DNA of 43,472 nt from Octopus bimaculoides. Its lineage: Eukaryota. The translations under genes and the position numbers were made by a program. Location of the stretch: the NCBI RefSeq assembly GCF_001194135.2, contig NC_068984.1, positions 34,956,003-34,999,474 of the forward strand. The letters are read 5' to 3'. The notes under the pieces were generated by a model that ran no database searches, had not been told where the DNA came from, and saw only the letters and a list, made by a program, of their open reading frames with translations. Positions 1-13,705 of the stretch are shown here, in pieces (the first letter of the stretch is position 1; each line of letters starts with the position of its first letter).

Positions 1-234
1 TATATATATATATATATATATATATGCGCTTTGTAAAATATTTTCCACATTTATTGAGCGAAATAATATCGATACACTTCATGGGCAATTTTGAAATCCC
101 GGTTAGGAGTGTGGTGCACTTAAACTCAGACGAATAAAGTACGACAACATTTCATTTTCAAAATTAAAGTATTTAGCCTAGAATTCTATGGTTTCTGTCA
201 TGTCAATACCTTGCTTTAAAATTATTGGTTTTTC

Positions 235-440
235 ATATTGGCATCAAGCCTCAAATTATGGGGAAGATACAATCGATGAAATTGACTGCATTACAGCGCT
301 GCTTTTTATATTTTAGATATCGGATGAGTGAAAGGCGAAGTCAACACTGACTATATTTGAACAAAAAATAAATGAACGTATTTAAATACCACAATTTTAT
401 CCGCTGCTAGATCGTTCTGAACCATTTCCTTCCATTCTGT
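235..440 (-). mobile_element. Degenerate SINE, same family
   Basis: GGATGAGTGAAAGGCGAAGTCAACACTGACTATATTTGAAC matches the reverse-complement SINE core. Confidence 0.6.
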
Positions 441-2677
441 CCTTAATAATTACTGAAACTATCAAACATAATAATCATGTGTTTCTGTGAAACTAGTTAT
501 ACCAATGTGACAAACATTTATCTTTCCTTTAAGGTATACTCAGTCAGTCATGAATTCACTTTTTTCCTTGAATTAATTGATTTATGTGTTATTCGTTTAG
601 CTAAACTAATGCTACAAAACGTACGTCTTCGTAGGCTTTTTTAATTAATGTGTCCCACATATTAGCTGTCAGAGTTATACCAAGAAAGAAAAGCGTTGAA
701 TCTATCACACGACTTTGATTTATGAATCTCTCTCTTAAATATGTGACTACACACTTTACCAACTATTATATTATAATTTTTAAAATCCTTTATGAAATAC
801 ATAAAGATCAAACCTAGCAACATGCTAGACTATGTCAGGATTACAGTTTTTTTTATTTCTCTACAGTAGACACTAAGTACCATTATAATTGGGTCGTTGG
901 AGACAATATATACTGTTTACTTATATATTGAAATAATCTCGACAACCTATTACTAACATTGCATATCTAAGTCATATACTCATTATTCATAAAACACGTT
1001 TCTCAATAGATTCCAGATGAATAACGAGAACACATAACAAGAATTAAAGAATAAATCAAACAATCATGTTTATTAAACTGGTAACTTTCACAATTAGCAA
1101 AGTGATATAAGTAATTTCTTAACCTATTTTATAAATGAGAAATGGTTGGATGCTGCCAAGAGAGAAAAAAATTCGCACCGATGATGTCTTTATCAGTATT
1201 TTTTTCTTTTCAGTGATGATGTTCACAATCTAGTGCACATCGGAGCAGTAAGATACATCAAAAGAAACACACTAGCAAAAAAAAAAAAAACAGAAAAACA
1301 CAAAGGCTGACTGTCGCACGCACATGCACCTGAACAAGCGCCTATACTTTTTGTTAAATGACAAAGTAAGATGTAAAAACCTGTTATTCTGCATTTACTC
1401 AAGTTTCATTAATACAATCGTTAATAGCAATTGAACAAAAAAATCTTGCAATCATTTAGCAAAAGAAATGAAAAATCATCCGAGTAGCAAGTCACTAAAG
1501 AAACGGTTCAATAAGTAGTGATTCCCTTTTAATGGAAACCCTTCTTTTTTTCTCAATATTAAGACAGGTTTTCCTACTTTAGTAATTTTGTTGCGCAAAA
1601 GATGTTCAAGGCATTTATTTCTTCCTTAGACCACTTTTGCTTGGTCCAAATTAATGTGACCCATTGCCGAAGGGTAAAATTTCAGCTCTTATATTTCTGA
1701 CACAATATTAAATCTTAGCCCATTCGGAAATCACAGAGAAGCACACGTCTCATACAAGTTACATACAACACGATATATTCAAGTATACTTTTCAATATTT
1801 CGCTGTTTTTGTTTATGTTTGATTTCCTACAAAATATATCCAGATAGTTGTATGAAATTAAAAACTATTATTTATACATATAGATTCATACATACACCCA
1901 CACAAACACACTTAATATAAAATGTTCAAATAATTTAATTTTTTTGAAATCATTTTCTTTTAACATAGTTAGCACTTGTTGGGGAGTGTTTTTTTCACAC
2001 TTATTTATAAAGAATATTTCGTTCATCTTCGTGTTCATTATACCCTAATTAAATTATTTTTTTTCACTTGTTGTCCTGATACCCATTATTCCTAATCGAA
2101 AGTGTAACACTATTGCTTTGGGTAAAAGAAAAAAAATGCAAAGCTACATTCATTGATCCAACGGTCTTAAAAAAGATTAAGCCTTAGTTGTGTGGTCTTA
2201 AATCACTGAAATATATCTATACCTTGCCTGCTAGCAAACATAAAAAAATGCAGGCAGCACTTTAGTGTTATCAAAAGGAAGGGGGAAAAAATTGATCACA
2301 CAAAAGTTTAGAGCCAATTTCGGTTTTTAATTTATTGACGAAGACATGACTATAAACTAGTAAACTTAAGGACAATGTCTATAAATATCAATGTTAAAAT
2401 TTTGGAGAAGTCATTTGTTAATCTCCCGAAAGCTTCTAACATTTTCTTCCAGTGTCACGAAGAGCTGTCCATAGGCTTTTGATTTTGCCTTCAAGATTTA
2501 AATTACATTTCACTGGGAAGTGTCTCTGAACTTCACGCAGTACATTAGAGCTTATCACTCCACGACATATGTACGAATAACTAATGTAATGTCGAATGAA
2601 AAGAACAGAATAGAAATTAAGGAAATGTAGAATAAAAAGCACAGATTAATGCATGTATACACAGAGATTCACTCGTC

Positions 2678-2752
2678 TGTGTGTGTGTGTTTGTGTGTGT
2701 GTGTGAGTGTGTGTGTGTATGTGTGTGTATGTGTGTGTGTGTGTGTGTGAGT

Positions 2753-2788
<36 letters not shown>
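2678..2788. repeat. (TG)n microsatellite
   Basis: Direct reading. Confidence 0.98.
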
Positions 2789-2790
<2 letters not shown>

Positions 2791-3900
2791 TAAAAACACT
2801 TGTGAAGATAACATGTCAATAGAGCACTGACAAAGTACAGGAACTATAAATCAAAAATTAGTTGAAGATGAAGTAAGTGCTGAAAATATTGTAAGAAAGT
2901 AAATTAAGGCACTAAGAGAATGGATACTTAAAGCAAATAAGTATATTAAGACAAGCGGAATGAATGAAGGATTACAATTATAAAAGTAAAAATAACAAAA
3001 TAAAAAACAAAAGGTAATCCCACTAACCGATGTAAAAAAATACATAAAACGACAGACATTAGCATATCAACAAGATGACGAGCAAAAAAAAAAATCAATA
3101 ACGTCTTGGGAAAAACGCAAAATAAGCACAGAGAAATAAAATTGCACAAAAATTGTGCAGTAACATATGCTACAAGTGAAATAACTGTAATATATAACAC
3201 TGTTACAACTAGTGCTTCTGGCCGGTTGCTTACAAAGATGACGTTGACGTTGGTGTTGCATGGAATCAAATTACAATCCACTTTCAAGCAAACAAGTTGA
3301 GTGAATAGATAAATTAAAACTGAAATCAATAGCCATCGATAGCTTTAGAATTTTTTTTCTTACGGCATTGTTAACATTTTGTTAGTTTTGTATTTTGACT
3401 AGCGATGAAAATAAAATATTAGCTCTTGTATACACATACAGATATAAATATATGTGTGTGTCTGCGTATGCGAACACGCGCGTGTGCGCATGTCTGTAGT
3501 TGCAAGCATATATAAACACATTCTCGACACTCACATCCTTTCGACAGACGATCATAGGCTATGGGACAAATGCTGTGAAAAAGGCAACACAAGCATGAGT
3601 TTTATGTTTGTTTTCAGCTGATCAGATTGAAGCAGCGAAAAATGAAGCGATTTGTTCCTAAACACTAGACACCATCGAGTCTAAATATAGAAAACTATGA
3701 CGCTATGAATGGAAACCCAAGCCCTAACAGATAGACTACTCATGCACACGCACACGCACACATGCGCACACACTAACAAACACACACACACGCAAACACA
3801 CAAACGCACATACGAACCCAAACACGTACACACACATATGAATATGTGTGTGTGAGTGAGTGTGCATGTATGTGTATATACTTATATGTTGATATACTTA

Positions 3901-3934
<34 letters not shown>

Positions 3935-4521
3935 NNNNNNNNNNNNNNNNNNNNNNNNNNNNNNNNNNNNNNNNNNNNNNNNNNNNNNNNNNNNNNNNNN
4001 NNNNNNNNNNNNNNNNNNNNNNNNNNNNNNNNNNNNNNNNNNNNNNNNNNNNNNNNNNNNNNNNNNNNNNNNNNNNNNNNNNNNNNNNNNNNNNNNNNNN
4101 NNNNNNNNNNNNNNNNNNNNNNNNNNNNNNNNNNNNNNNNNNNNNNNNNNNNNNNNNNNNNNNNNNNNNNNNNNNNNNNNNNNNNNNNNNNNNNNNNNNN
4201 NNNNNNNNNNNNNNNNNNNNNNNNNNNNNNNNNNNNNNNNNNNNNNNNNNNNNNNNNNNNNNNNNNNNNNNNNNNNNNNNNNNNNNNNNNNNNNNNNNNN
4301 NNNNNNNNNNNNNNNNNNNNNNNNNNNNNNNNNNNNNNNNNNNNNNNNNNNNNNNNNNNNNNNNNNNNNNNNNNNNNNNNNNNNNNNNNNNNNNNNNNNN
4401 NNNNATATATATGTGTGTGTGTGTGTAGGGATATAAATATCTACATATACATATATCTAAACACACACACACATATATATGTTTGTATGTGTCTATATAT
4501 ATATGTATATAAATACAAAAA

Positions 4522-4655
4522 CTCTTTTACACGTTTTAGTCATTTGACTGCGGCTATGCTGCCATTGTCGAAGGAATTAACCCCAGGACTTATTCTTTGT
4601 AAACCTAATACTTATATCATCGGTCGCTTTTGCCGATGGTGGAGGACAAACGCAT
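4522..4655. repeat. Interspersed repeat, third family (SINE-like)
   Basis: TAGTCATTTGACTGCGGCTATGCTG...TTATATCATCGGTC...GGAGGACAAAC is shared with 31325-31510. Confidence 0.7.
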
Positions 4656-4699
4656 ACACAAAATCACAAACACAATAAATATATATACACATGTATATA

Positions 4700-4855
4700 A
4701 ATGACGGATTTCTTTCGGTTAGTGTCTACTCACAAGTCCGTGGTCGGTCCGAGGCTATAGTAGAGGACATTTTTCCACAGTTCCACACAGTGGAACTGAA
4801 CCTGGTACCAAGTGGTTGAGAAGATAGCTCCTTACCACACAGCAACGCCTAAGCT
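4700..4855 (-). mobile_element. SINE, second family
   Basis: Reverse-complement similarity to 6865-7003 (ACGGATTTCTTTCGGTT...GAGGCTATAGTAGAGGAC...CTTACCACACAGC). Confidence 0.75.
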
Positions 4856-5497
4856 TATATATATCTGTGTGCGTGTGTGTGTGAGTGTGTGTGTGTGTGT
4901 GTGTGTGCGTGTGTGTATGTGTGTGTGCGAGTACATACATACATGAGAGTGACATAATCGAAATAAACTGAGAGATAAAGTATCGAACTGCTGGCATAAC
5001 TTGTCCTCTGGCGTTTGCGTCAAACTGAATAACGTACACAAAATTACAAGCCTTGTAGCTATTTGTGGAAATTAAGAAATTTGCATTATCATACTTAGAG
5101 GGATTATATGACTTTGGTGGTAGGTAAATGATCACTGCCGATATATTTCAGTATTACTAGTGATTATCAGTAATGATTGGTTTTCTCGTACCTGCCCGAT
5201 TAGTGAAAATATATTTAGAGACGTTATATAGAATTATAGACTCAAAGAATTAAACATAAGCCGAAATATGTCAAGTAGCTGGTGAAATGAAATGCCAAAA
5301 TAGTGTTATTCCAAACTCTCAAATTATAGTATAGTGATTATTTTTTGGGGAAATAATAATTAATTTTCACATATGTTTATGAATTTTCATCTTTAGTGAT
5401 GTAATCTGATTTGTGAGAATACACATACCGTTTCAATAAAAATAATTTCTCAGAATTTATGATCTTCCCTTTCATTTCAGAATCACGTGTGTGTGCG

Positions 5498-5540
<43 letters not shown>

Positions 5541-6864
5541 GTATATCCCGTCCACCATATATACATATGTATCAGGTGGACTGGGTAATCATTATTTAAT
5601 ACATAAGGGAACAATACCTCCTCTTTTTCTGGTCGTAGGTTAACGACAAGGCAAACACCGTAGAAACAGTATAAATATTAGCTACAGTTAATCGTTCTGT
5701 ACTGTGTATTTCATATGAAATCTTAAAACAGCTCTTGACATTAACCACTTTGCGTATTATATCTAAGCAATCAATAATATTACTGCTACTAACAGTGCTG
5801 GTCTTGTAACATTTAGTTTTGTAATATTTATGTTTTATTCTACATCTTGTTTGCAAACCCAACGGTTATTGTATAACATTTCCCCCGAGATCTATAAAAG
5901 ATGTCGTAACACGCTACAGTCGATTTAATATCATTTACCTTATTTCTACGCTAATATATTTTTTGGCAAGTTTGAGGAATCTAATACTAGTTCTCATAGG
6001 GCTATACTCATTTTAGAAAAAAAAAAACTATTAATTCAATATTCGATAATTAATTGTTCTCACCGTGCTATCGATGCAACAATTGTCTACATCATTGTCG
6101 GTAACACAGAGGTCGATAACATAAAATAATGTAATATATAGAGATCAATATGTTCGAAAATAAAATCACACCAATACTACTTAGGTCGATAAGCAATAGG
6201 AATAGTTGAAAAACTAAAGTATAGATCTACATAATTTTGGAAGATAGTCTGATATTGAATTGGTTGTCATTCATTTGATTCCCTGATGTCAGCATGTTTT
6301 AGGTATCAGTAATATTTTGTGATCAATAATACGGCCCAGCGATAAATTGTGATTAATGATATAATCAATTACATATCACGTGTCTTGATATACAATATAA
6401 CGAATAATACAAACAATGCGAACAATGCGAAACAGAAACTCATTTTAATTTCTTTTTATAATCTTATTTGCAGGAAACTTTTAGCAAAAGGGATCGATCA
6501 AGGTGATAGATTACAGAGCCAGTGATTGATACAATGTATTTTGTGACTGTTTCTTGTTTATCTATAGGCAAAAAGTTAACATTTTACGAAACTGTATTTA
6601 ATTAACCCTTTAATATATACAAGCCGTGTGCATAATTATTTCACTTTAAGAAAATACATCCCGAAAGAAACTCATTTATGTTACGTTTAATATATTACTA
6701 AGTGTAAAAATCATCATATTTCTCCTTATTCAAGAATTTGTATTCATTGCTATATTCTAGTGCCATTCTAAAATTGCACACAATTACCGAAAGTTTGTTT
6801 TCTTAACTTCAGTTCAGAACCCGCTTACTTACAGAATCTAGTTTCAAAATCTCAACTCAATCAT

Positions 6865-7003
6865 AGGCACAGGAGGGGCTATGTGGTAAGAAGCTTGCTT
6901 CCCAGCCACATGGTTCCGGGCGAATGACTTCTACTATAGCCCCGGGCTGACCAAAGTCTTGTGAGGAGATTTGGTAGACAGAAACTGAAAGAAGCCCGTC
7001 GTA
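6865..7003 (+). mobile_element. tRNA-derived SINE, second family, internally deleted, microsatellite tail
   Basis: GGCACAGGAGGGGCTATGTGGTAAGAAGCTTGCTTCCCAGCCACATGGTTCCGGG...GAAACTGAAAGAAGCCCGTCGTATA. Homologous reverse copies at 4700-4855 and 31610-31748. Confidence 0.8.
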
Positions 7004-7132
7004 TATATATATATATATATACACACAAGCAGACTCATCTATCTATCTATCTATCTATCTATTTATCTATCTATCTATCTTTCTGTCTGTCTCTCTACTT
7101 ATCTATCTATCAATATGTATATCTACATATTT
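7002..7132. repeat. Compound (TA)n/(TCTA)n microsatellite before gap
   Basis: Direct reading. Confidence 0.95.
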
Positions 7133-10100
7133 NNNNNNNNNNNNNNNNNNNNNNNNNNNNNNNNNNNNNNNNNNNNNNNNNNNNNNNNNNNNNNNNNNNN
7201 NNNNNNNNNNNNNNNNNNNNNNNNNNNNNNNNNNNNNNNNNNNNNNNNNNNNNNNNNNNNNNNNNNNNNNNNNNNNNNNNNNNNNNNNNNNNNNNNNNNN
7301 NNNNNNNNNNNNNNNNNNNNNNNNNNNNNNNNNNNNNNNNNNNNNNNNNNNNNNNNNNNNNNNNNNNNNNNNNNNNNNNNNNNNNNNNNNNNNNNNNNNN
7401 NNNNNNNNNNNNNNNNNNNNNNNNNNNNNNNNNNNNNNNNNNNNNNNNNNNNNNNNNNNNNNNNNNNNNNNNNNNNNNNNNNNNNNNNNNNNNNNNNNNN
7501 NNNNNNNNNNNNNNNNNNNNNNNNNNNNNNNNNNNNNNNNNNNNNNNNNNNNNNNNNNNNNNNNNACTTCAGCTTCATTCATTTCACTATTGCCTTTTGA
7601 CTCTCATTTCTTGCTAAGACAATTTTAGTAAGACAAAATATATAGAAAATATCGCTTTCTCCATCTTCTGCGAAGAATATTGTTGCAAAGCTGGAATCGT
7701 TATGGGAACGAAAAAGAATAGTAAAGAAAGAAATGAAAAAAAATAATAGTAGGTCTGAAAACCAGATAATATATCAATTACTGAAAGTAAAAACAACTTC
7801 ATAAATTACATTACAATTAAATTTTGTGTGTGTATACATACGTATAATTGCGAACATACAAATATATATTCTATATAAAATTTGTGTGTGCGTGTGCTTG
7901 CGTGTGTGAGTAATAGACAGAAAAAAACGTGATATATATAAACGTACGCGCGTGCGCAAACATATTTATCTTTATGTATTCCATTTCGTATGGTGACTCA
8001 TAAACACATACACACAAAACTCCACAATCTCTCATATATATAAACATGTATGTGTTGTCTTCCTAAAATTGTTCTATCATATGATAGCTTGATGTACAGA
8101 AATCAAAAGAAAATTTATTATAGGCACCGAAATGCTGAAATGCAACGAACCAGTTAATTGATTTTTAACAACTAATTGACCGCTTTTTCCAATATAGATT
8201 TCTCAACCTAAGGCAAACGAGTATTCATTGTGATAACGAGAATTTGTGACGTTTATGCCATTCTCAAATATAAACGTCACACATAAAATCTTTATTGAAA
8301 CGTCCACTCTTACAAATGAACATTTTCTTGTACAACGGATATGTATGTTTCTTTATAGGTTGAGTGACATAATACAGAGACTAGTGTGTGTTTGCAACAC
8401 CAATTAGAAATGAGGTATACATCCCATTCAATTTGCCGTTTGACATAAATGTACAGGAAGGTAGAGTTATTCTCATTTTAGAAAAATTAAGCTGGAACAG
8501 TCGTACATTTCGAGGCGAAATTGCAGATGAAACATTGAGCTGCTAGAAACAATAGCAATATTTTTCCCAAATCAATACCAAACGGGCTAAGGAACTGCAC
8601 AATTTACTACTATATTCAAAAGAGTAAGTCGTATCTATTTATCCTTTATCAGACCTAACCTAGCACTAAAGAATAACGACTATTAATAAGGAATTTGTAA
8701 TTTGTGACGTAAAGTGTTTCTCCCAAATGACATTAGAAACTTCAATTGAATTTGATTGCTATCAGCCCTAAATAACATGAAGTGCAATGAAAGTAAAACA
8801 TTGATATTAGACTCATCTTTTGGGTATTCTCTTTTCCTTTGATGCTATAAAACTTAATACGTTGATATTATTTCAAAAATCGCGAATTCTTCATTGCAAC
8901 ACACCTTACCCACCTAAAAAAGATGCGTTGGAAAGCAAGACATTCATGATGCAACACCTTTGATCGGGAGCGGCCTTAGACAGGAAAAACAAAGCTAAGA
9001 TCAACAACGTTCTTAGAAATAATGTTTAAATTCTCGGAATTGTTATTGATGTAATGCGATAATATGTAAGGGCCCTCAAGAACAATGACAGTGTAAAAGT
9101 TTATTTGTAAGCCTCAACTAGAATTTACTGTTTGTGAGAGTTTCAGCTGCTCAGTAACAATCTTATTATATGACTTATATGAAAAGTGTTTTTAATTGAA
9201 AATAATTTATTAGTAAAAATGAAGAAACCAGGTGGATTGAAACAATCAGATTGATTGCTGTTTACTATTCGGTCCAATACTCCTTACATTAATCCCAAAG
9301 GGCGCGTTATTTTCGATAGCAGTTGAAACAATGAGTGCCACTGTATTACTTTTAATAATTTACATATGCAAGAGTTATTTTACATATTATTTAGAAGAGG
9401 AACAAATTAAACAAAATAAAGGAAGAAAGGCTCTCATATACTGGCTCAAGAATACACATTTGTAAGATTTGATGTGAATAAATTAGATGAAATAAGGGAT
9501 AGATTAAAGGCTTATTTTTTTCCCCTCTTCAAGACTGATGAAAACCGACATCGATCCTAGCTAGATTTGAACGCACAATATAAGTGAGGGTGGGTTAATA
9601 AATATCATAACATAAATAATGGTTCTTTTCTATATACGTCGACTATCATATCCAGATATTTCCAATAAATTAATAGAAATCATTGGAACAAAACTATTAG
9701 AGAAATACAATAGACTAAAACGGTCCATTCGATTAAGTTTGGTCTATGTGCTATAAACATTAAAAAGACAATAATCCCAGATGGATATTATCCAGTTCAC
9801 TTGCTATAAATATGTGTTTTATCATAGATAGCGTTTTTAAAAACAAAATATTGATAAAATCTATGTATCAAATCTCTACAGTTTTGTGTCTTGTCGAAAT
9901 ATACCGAAGAAAAATATCTGAGTAATTGAGCATCACTCATTTTTGAGATATTTTTAATCTTTATTTTATGCATTCAATTCATATACACTCTGATTTTTTT
10001 TTTTATTTCATAATTTAAAACTTCAATTTGTATGAGAAGACAAGCCGACTACTTCCAGTTTCGTTTCCATTTAACTTGTCGTTTTATGAACCTGCTTCGC

Positions 10101-13100
10101 AACTGGTTGGCCATAAATGTAATGGTTCATAGAAAACATAAAATAGAAATGTGTAGCTACCTCACCCTCTCTTTTCCCAATTACTTATTTTATTCGTGCT
10201 ATCTTTATTTTACTCGCAGTCATTCTCAATCGAACATACTGAAACATACGTAGAAACATGATTTTGCTCGCTCATACATTTACATACATGGACAAGCATG
10301 AGCGGGTTATGCAGAATCTATTACGTTGTTTTAACAATTACTGTAATTTTTTCTGTATCTTTGTTTCTCGCTTTCTCCTACAATTTCTCTATTTCCGCAT
10401 TAAATTAACTAATTTTATACAAATCTTCTTCCGCTTAGTTTTTACTTTTTACTGAACTCTATGATTGTGTTTCTTCGTTTTGTTAATTTCCTTCGAAACA
10501 ACGTATTCTTCAATGCTTTTCTTCCCACACCATGCTAATAGCGTCGCCTTTTCCCCCTCTAATCCAATAATCAGTGTTCTTGAATTTCACTTGTGAGCTA
10601 GTCTGCTTGAAAAAAAATGCAATTTCTTTCCATTGCTTCTCTCTCTTCCTTTCTATCTCCAATTTTTAAAAACATTTTAACATTTTATTTTGTTCTCTTT
10701 CACTGATCTGTGCACAGTAATCACCTGTAACATTATAAATGGAATGACCGAAAAGAATTCCTTACTTTGCTTTGTATTTTATGCAGACATTTTTCGAAAT
10801 GTGATCGATCGCAACACTGAAATTCTAATGGTAATATCCAATGCTATATTATTTAGATTCCTCAAAACGCAAGAATTTAAAAGTAGAGGAAAACGATGTT
10901 AATTAAAGCTACTAGATCGGAATGAGTACTTATTTTTTTGCTTTGTTTTTGTAGCTTTTACAGATTTATAATCGTGCAAAAAAACTTAAAGTTAAACAAA
11001 AACTTTTAACATGGCAAAGAAAACCGATTGGGTGAGAAAATTACTCATTTAAATATAATTTAAATATTCTCATTAATTAGCATTCCTTTTTGAAGAAATT
11101 CAACGTAGTTAATGCCGTTGTTGAATTTTTTCCGTTAGTGTTTATTTAAAAAGTGAAGTTTTCGCAACGTAATGAAATTCAGTTTATTTTTTGTCTGCAG
11201 TTGAAGATAGTAATTGTGCCACACGTTCTCTCTACTGAATATATTAAGCATACTTTATGTTGCCTTCTTGTTATAACACATTCTAAGTAAGAAAAATATT
11301 TGCTGATATGACAACCATTTTAAACAATTAGAGGTTTAAATGTGTACTTAAAATACAAAATAAAAATCCTGTGAACGCATTATATATATTTTACAGTGTC
11401 ATATTGTTTCTATGCACCCTTTCAGTAAGTTCCAATATTGAATATTTTAGAATAGACAAAACAGCTGATATGAAGGCCATCTGACATTACGTATGCAACT
11501 GAAAATTTTTGGACAACAATTGCTCTATATAACTCACAGTTTAATCGAACAAAAATGATCCTTTTTATATGATATTGAAGTTAGGGATAGCGGCTTATAT
11601 TCCTTTTCATGATTATCAGTATAAACGATATTAAGTGGCATCAACTAATTCCTTAATGTATTATGTTGCTCTCTGTAACTGGTTGTGGTATATTTAATTT
11701 TATAAGTATACAATCTATAATTGCGAAAGCAATCCCGTTTTAAAATATCATATGCAGGGGCTACTAAATGTCATTAACATATAAATATAAATGTAAAAGT
11801 TTCGCTTCAATGAATCTATAGTAATGTCATAAAAGCATGTCTTAATAAAATCATGCAAAACAAAGAATTTTTCATAATAATAAATGAATCGTAATTCTCA
11901 GTAAAATCAAAACTTCTTTTACTTATTGTAATTTTCGTTATTATACTTTTCGTCGTCTTTTTACATATGAAGCGTATCCAGAAAATGTGCATTTCAGTGC
12001 ATCCATTGTATAAGTCTGTCATTAATTATTCAAGCATCTCGGATGCGTTGTCGTTATACACTAAGTATATGAATATACAGTAACAGTAATAAATATATCT
12101 GAAGATTGTAGCGGTTTNNNNNNNNNNNNNNNNNNNNNNNNNNNNNNNNNNNNNNNNNNNNNNNNNNNNNNNNNNNNNNNNNNNNNNNNNNNNNNNNNNN
12201 NNNNNNNNNNNNNNNNNNNNNNNNNNNNNNNNNNNNNNNNNNNNNNNNNNNNNNNNNNNNNNNNNNNNNNNNNNNNNNNNNNNNNNNNNNNNNNNNNNNN
12301 NNNNNNNNNNNNNNNNNNNNNNNNNNNNNNNNNNNNNNNNNNNNNNNNNNNNNNNNNNNNNNNNNNNNNNNNNNNNNNNNNNNNNNNNNNNNNNNNNNNN
12401 NNNNNNNNNNNNNNNNATGTATGTGTGTGTGCGTGTATCTGTGTGTTTTCGGGGTGGTGAGATAAGTGCATGGTTGAAAATATGTGCGTGCGTGTGTGTA
12501 CATTTCTGGCTAGACATTCTAATGAATTTAGAAGTGTTTGGCACCCCCCCCCCCACGTAATCTTTCCGTCTGCACGTGGAGTATCTTGGAGATTATTCTG
12601 ACAAAGACAATAAGTTCCAACATATACTGTTGAATTACACGGTCGCTTAACAAAACTTTTCTGAAGTGATATCAGTTTATTTATATTGGGAAGGATGAAC
12701 TGGATAACGTGATCTCCGCGCGACTGTACATGAAACAACATAGCCAGACATTCAAGATCATTCTTGAAAGTATACCCGATCAATGCACACATAGAACTAA
12801 AAATAAAAAAAAAATAATAAAAACCCAGCTGTCTCCACTATACTGAAACATTACCTTCTTTTCAGAATTTATGCAGTAATGAGGATTCAGTTCGATTTTC
12901 ATGGTTTGGTAATAAGTACTCAGTTGTTCGATCTCAATGTTTAGGTACTAAGGATTCAGTTGCCAGAATTACCTGCGCCTAAGTTAACGTGTACGTAGAT
13001 GAGCTTTCCATAGACCATGTCCCATTATTTCAATTCTCATGTAGAATTAGTTTCAAAGTGTGGAAAAGGCAGTAATTTTTAAAATTAGAAACACAAGTGA

Positions 13101-13275
13101 ATATCAATAGAGCAAAATCAATAGAGAAAAAAAGGGCATTTAGCTCTTCACATTTGCAAAGCAGACATTCGGCCGTAATGCACCTGTATGTTTGTACAGT
13201 TCTATATTTAAGAGATGAGAAATTATGTACGTTATTTACATTTGACGGATATTTGTCCTTATATTGTTTGTTGTT

Positions 13276-13321
13276 AACACAACGTTTCGGCTGATATACC
13301 CTACATCTTTCATCAGGTGTC
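13276..13321 (-). ncRNA. Minimal type I hammerhead ribozyme, degenerate stem II
   Basis: GACAC CTGATGA AAGATG-TAGGGTATAT-CAGCC GAAAC GTT GTGTT. Core and stem I are intact. Stem II is disrupted relative to the 22.9/23.6 kb copies. Confidence 0.65.
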
Positions 13322-13399
13322 TTGGGGAAATTTCGAACCTGGATTCTCATTCCTAAGGTTATTATTATTATTATTATTATTATCATTATTATTATTATT

Positions 13400-13473
13400 C
13401 AGGTCACTGCCTGGAATCGAACTCGGTATTTCGGGGTTAGTAACCCGCGCTCTTAGCAACTACGCCAAATGCC
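13400..13473 (-). ncRNA. Second copy of the tRNA-like unit, across the 79-N gap
   Basis: Identical to 13602-13675 except one substitution (plus strand CCCGCGCTC vs CCCGCACTC). May be an unmerged contig overlap. Confidence 0.6.
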
Positions 13474-13601
13474 CGTGGGCAATTATGNNNNNNNNNNNNN
13501 NNNNNNNNNNNNNNNNNNNNNNNNNNNNNNNNNNNNNNNNNNNNNNNNNNNNNNNNNNNNNNNNNNTTATTATTATTATTATTATCATTATTATTATTAT
13601 T

Positions 13602-13675
13602 CAGGTCACTGCCTGGAATCGAACTCGGTATTTCGGGGTTAGTAACCCGCACTCTTAGCAACTACGCCAAATGCC
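13602..13675 (-). ncRNA. tRNA-like unit (Pol III A/B boxes) inside the PLE 3' region
   Basis: GGCATTTGGCGTAGTTGCTAAGAGTGCGGGTTACTAACCCCGAAATACCGAGTTCGATTCCAGGCAGTGACCTG contains A-box-like TGGCGTAGTTG, B-box GTTCGATTCC and an anticodon-like loop TTACTAA. The stems are imperfect, so it is not a functional tRNA. Confidence 0.7.
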
Positions 13676-13705
13676 CGTGGGCAATTATGAATTGAATTTT
13701 AGGGT

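Noticed and set aside
4942-9020. Signal-peptide-like minus-strand frames (TRLVILCTLFSLTQTPEDKLC..., TLLILALFFLSKAAPDQRCC...) suggesting a secreted-protein cluster
   Set aside because: No in-frame start, weak acceptors, phases do not join, and T-rich DNA readily yields hydrophobic runs.
13400-13675. Functional tRNA gene
   Set aside because: The acceptor, D and T stems are mismatched and the unit is embedded in a retroelement, so it is annotated as tRNA-like only.
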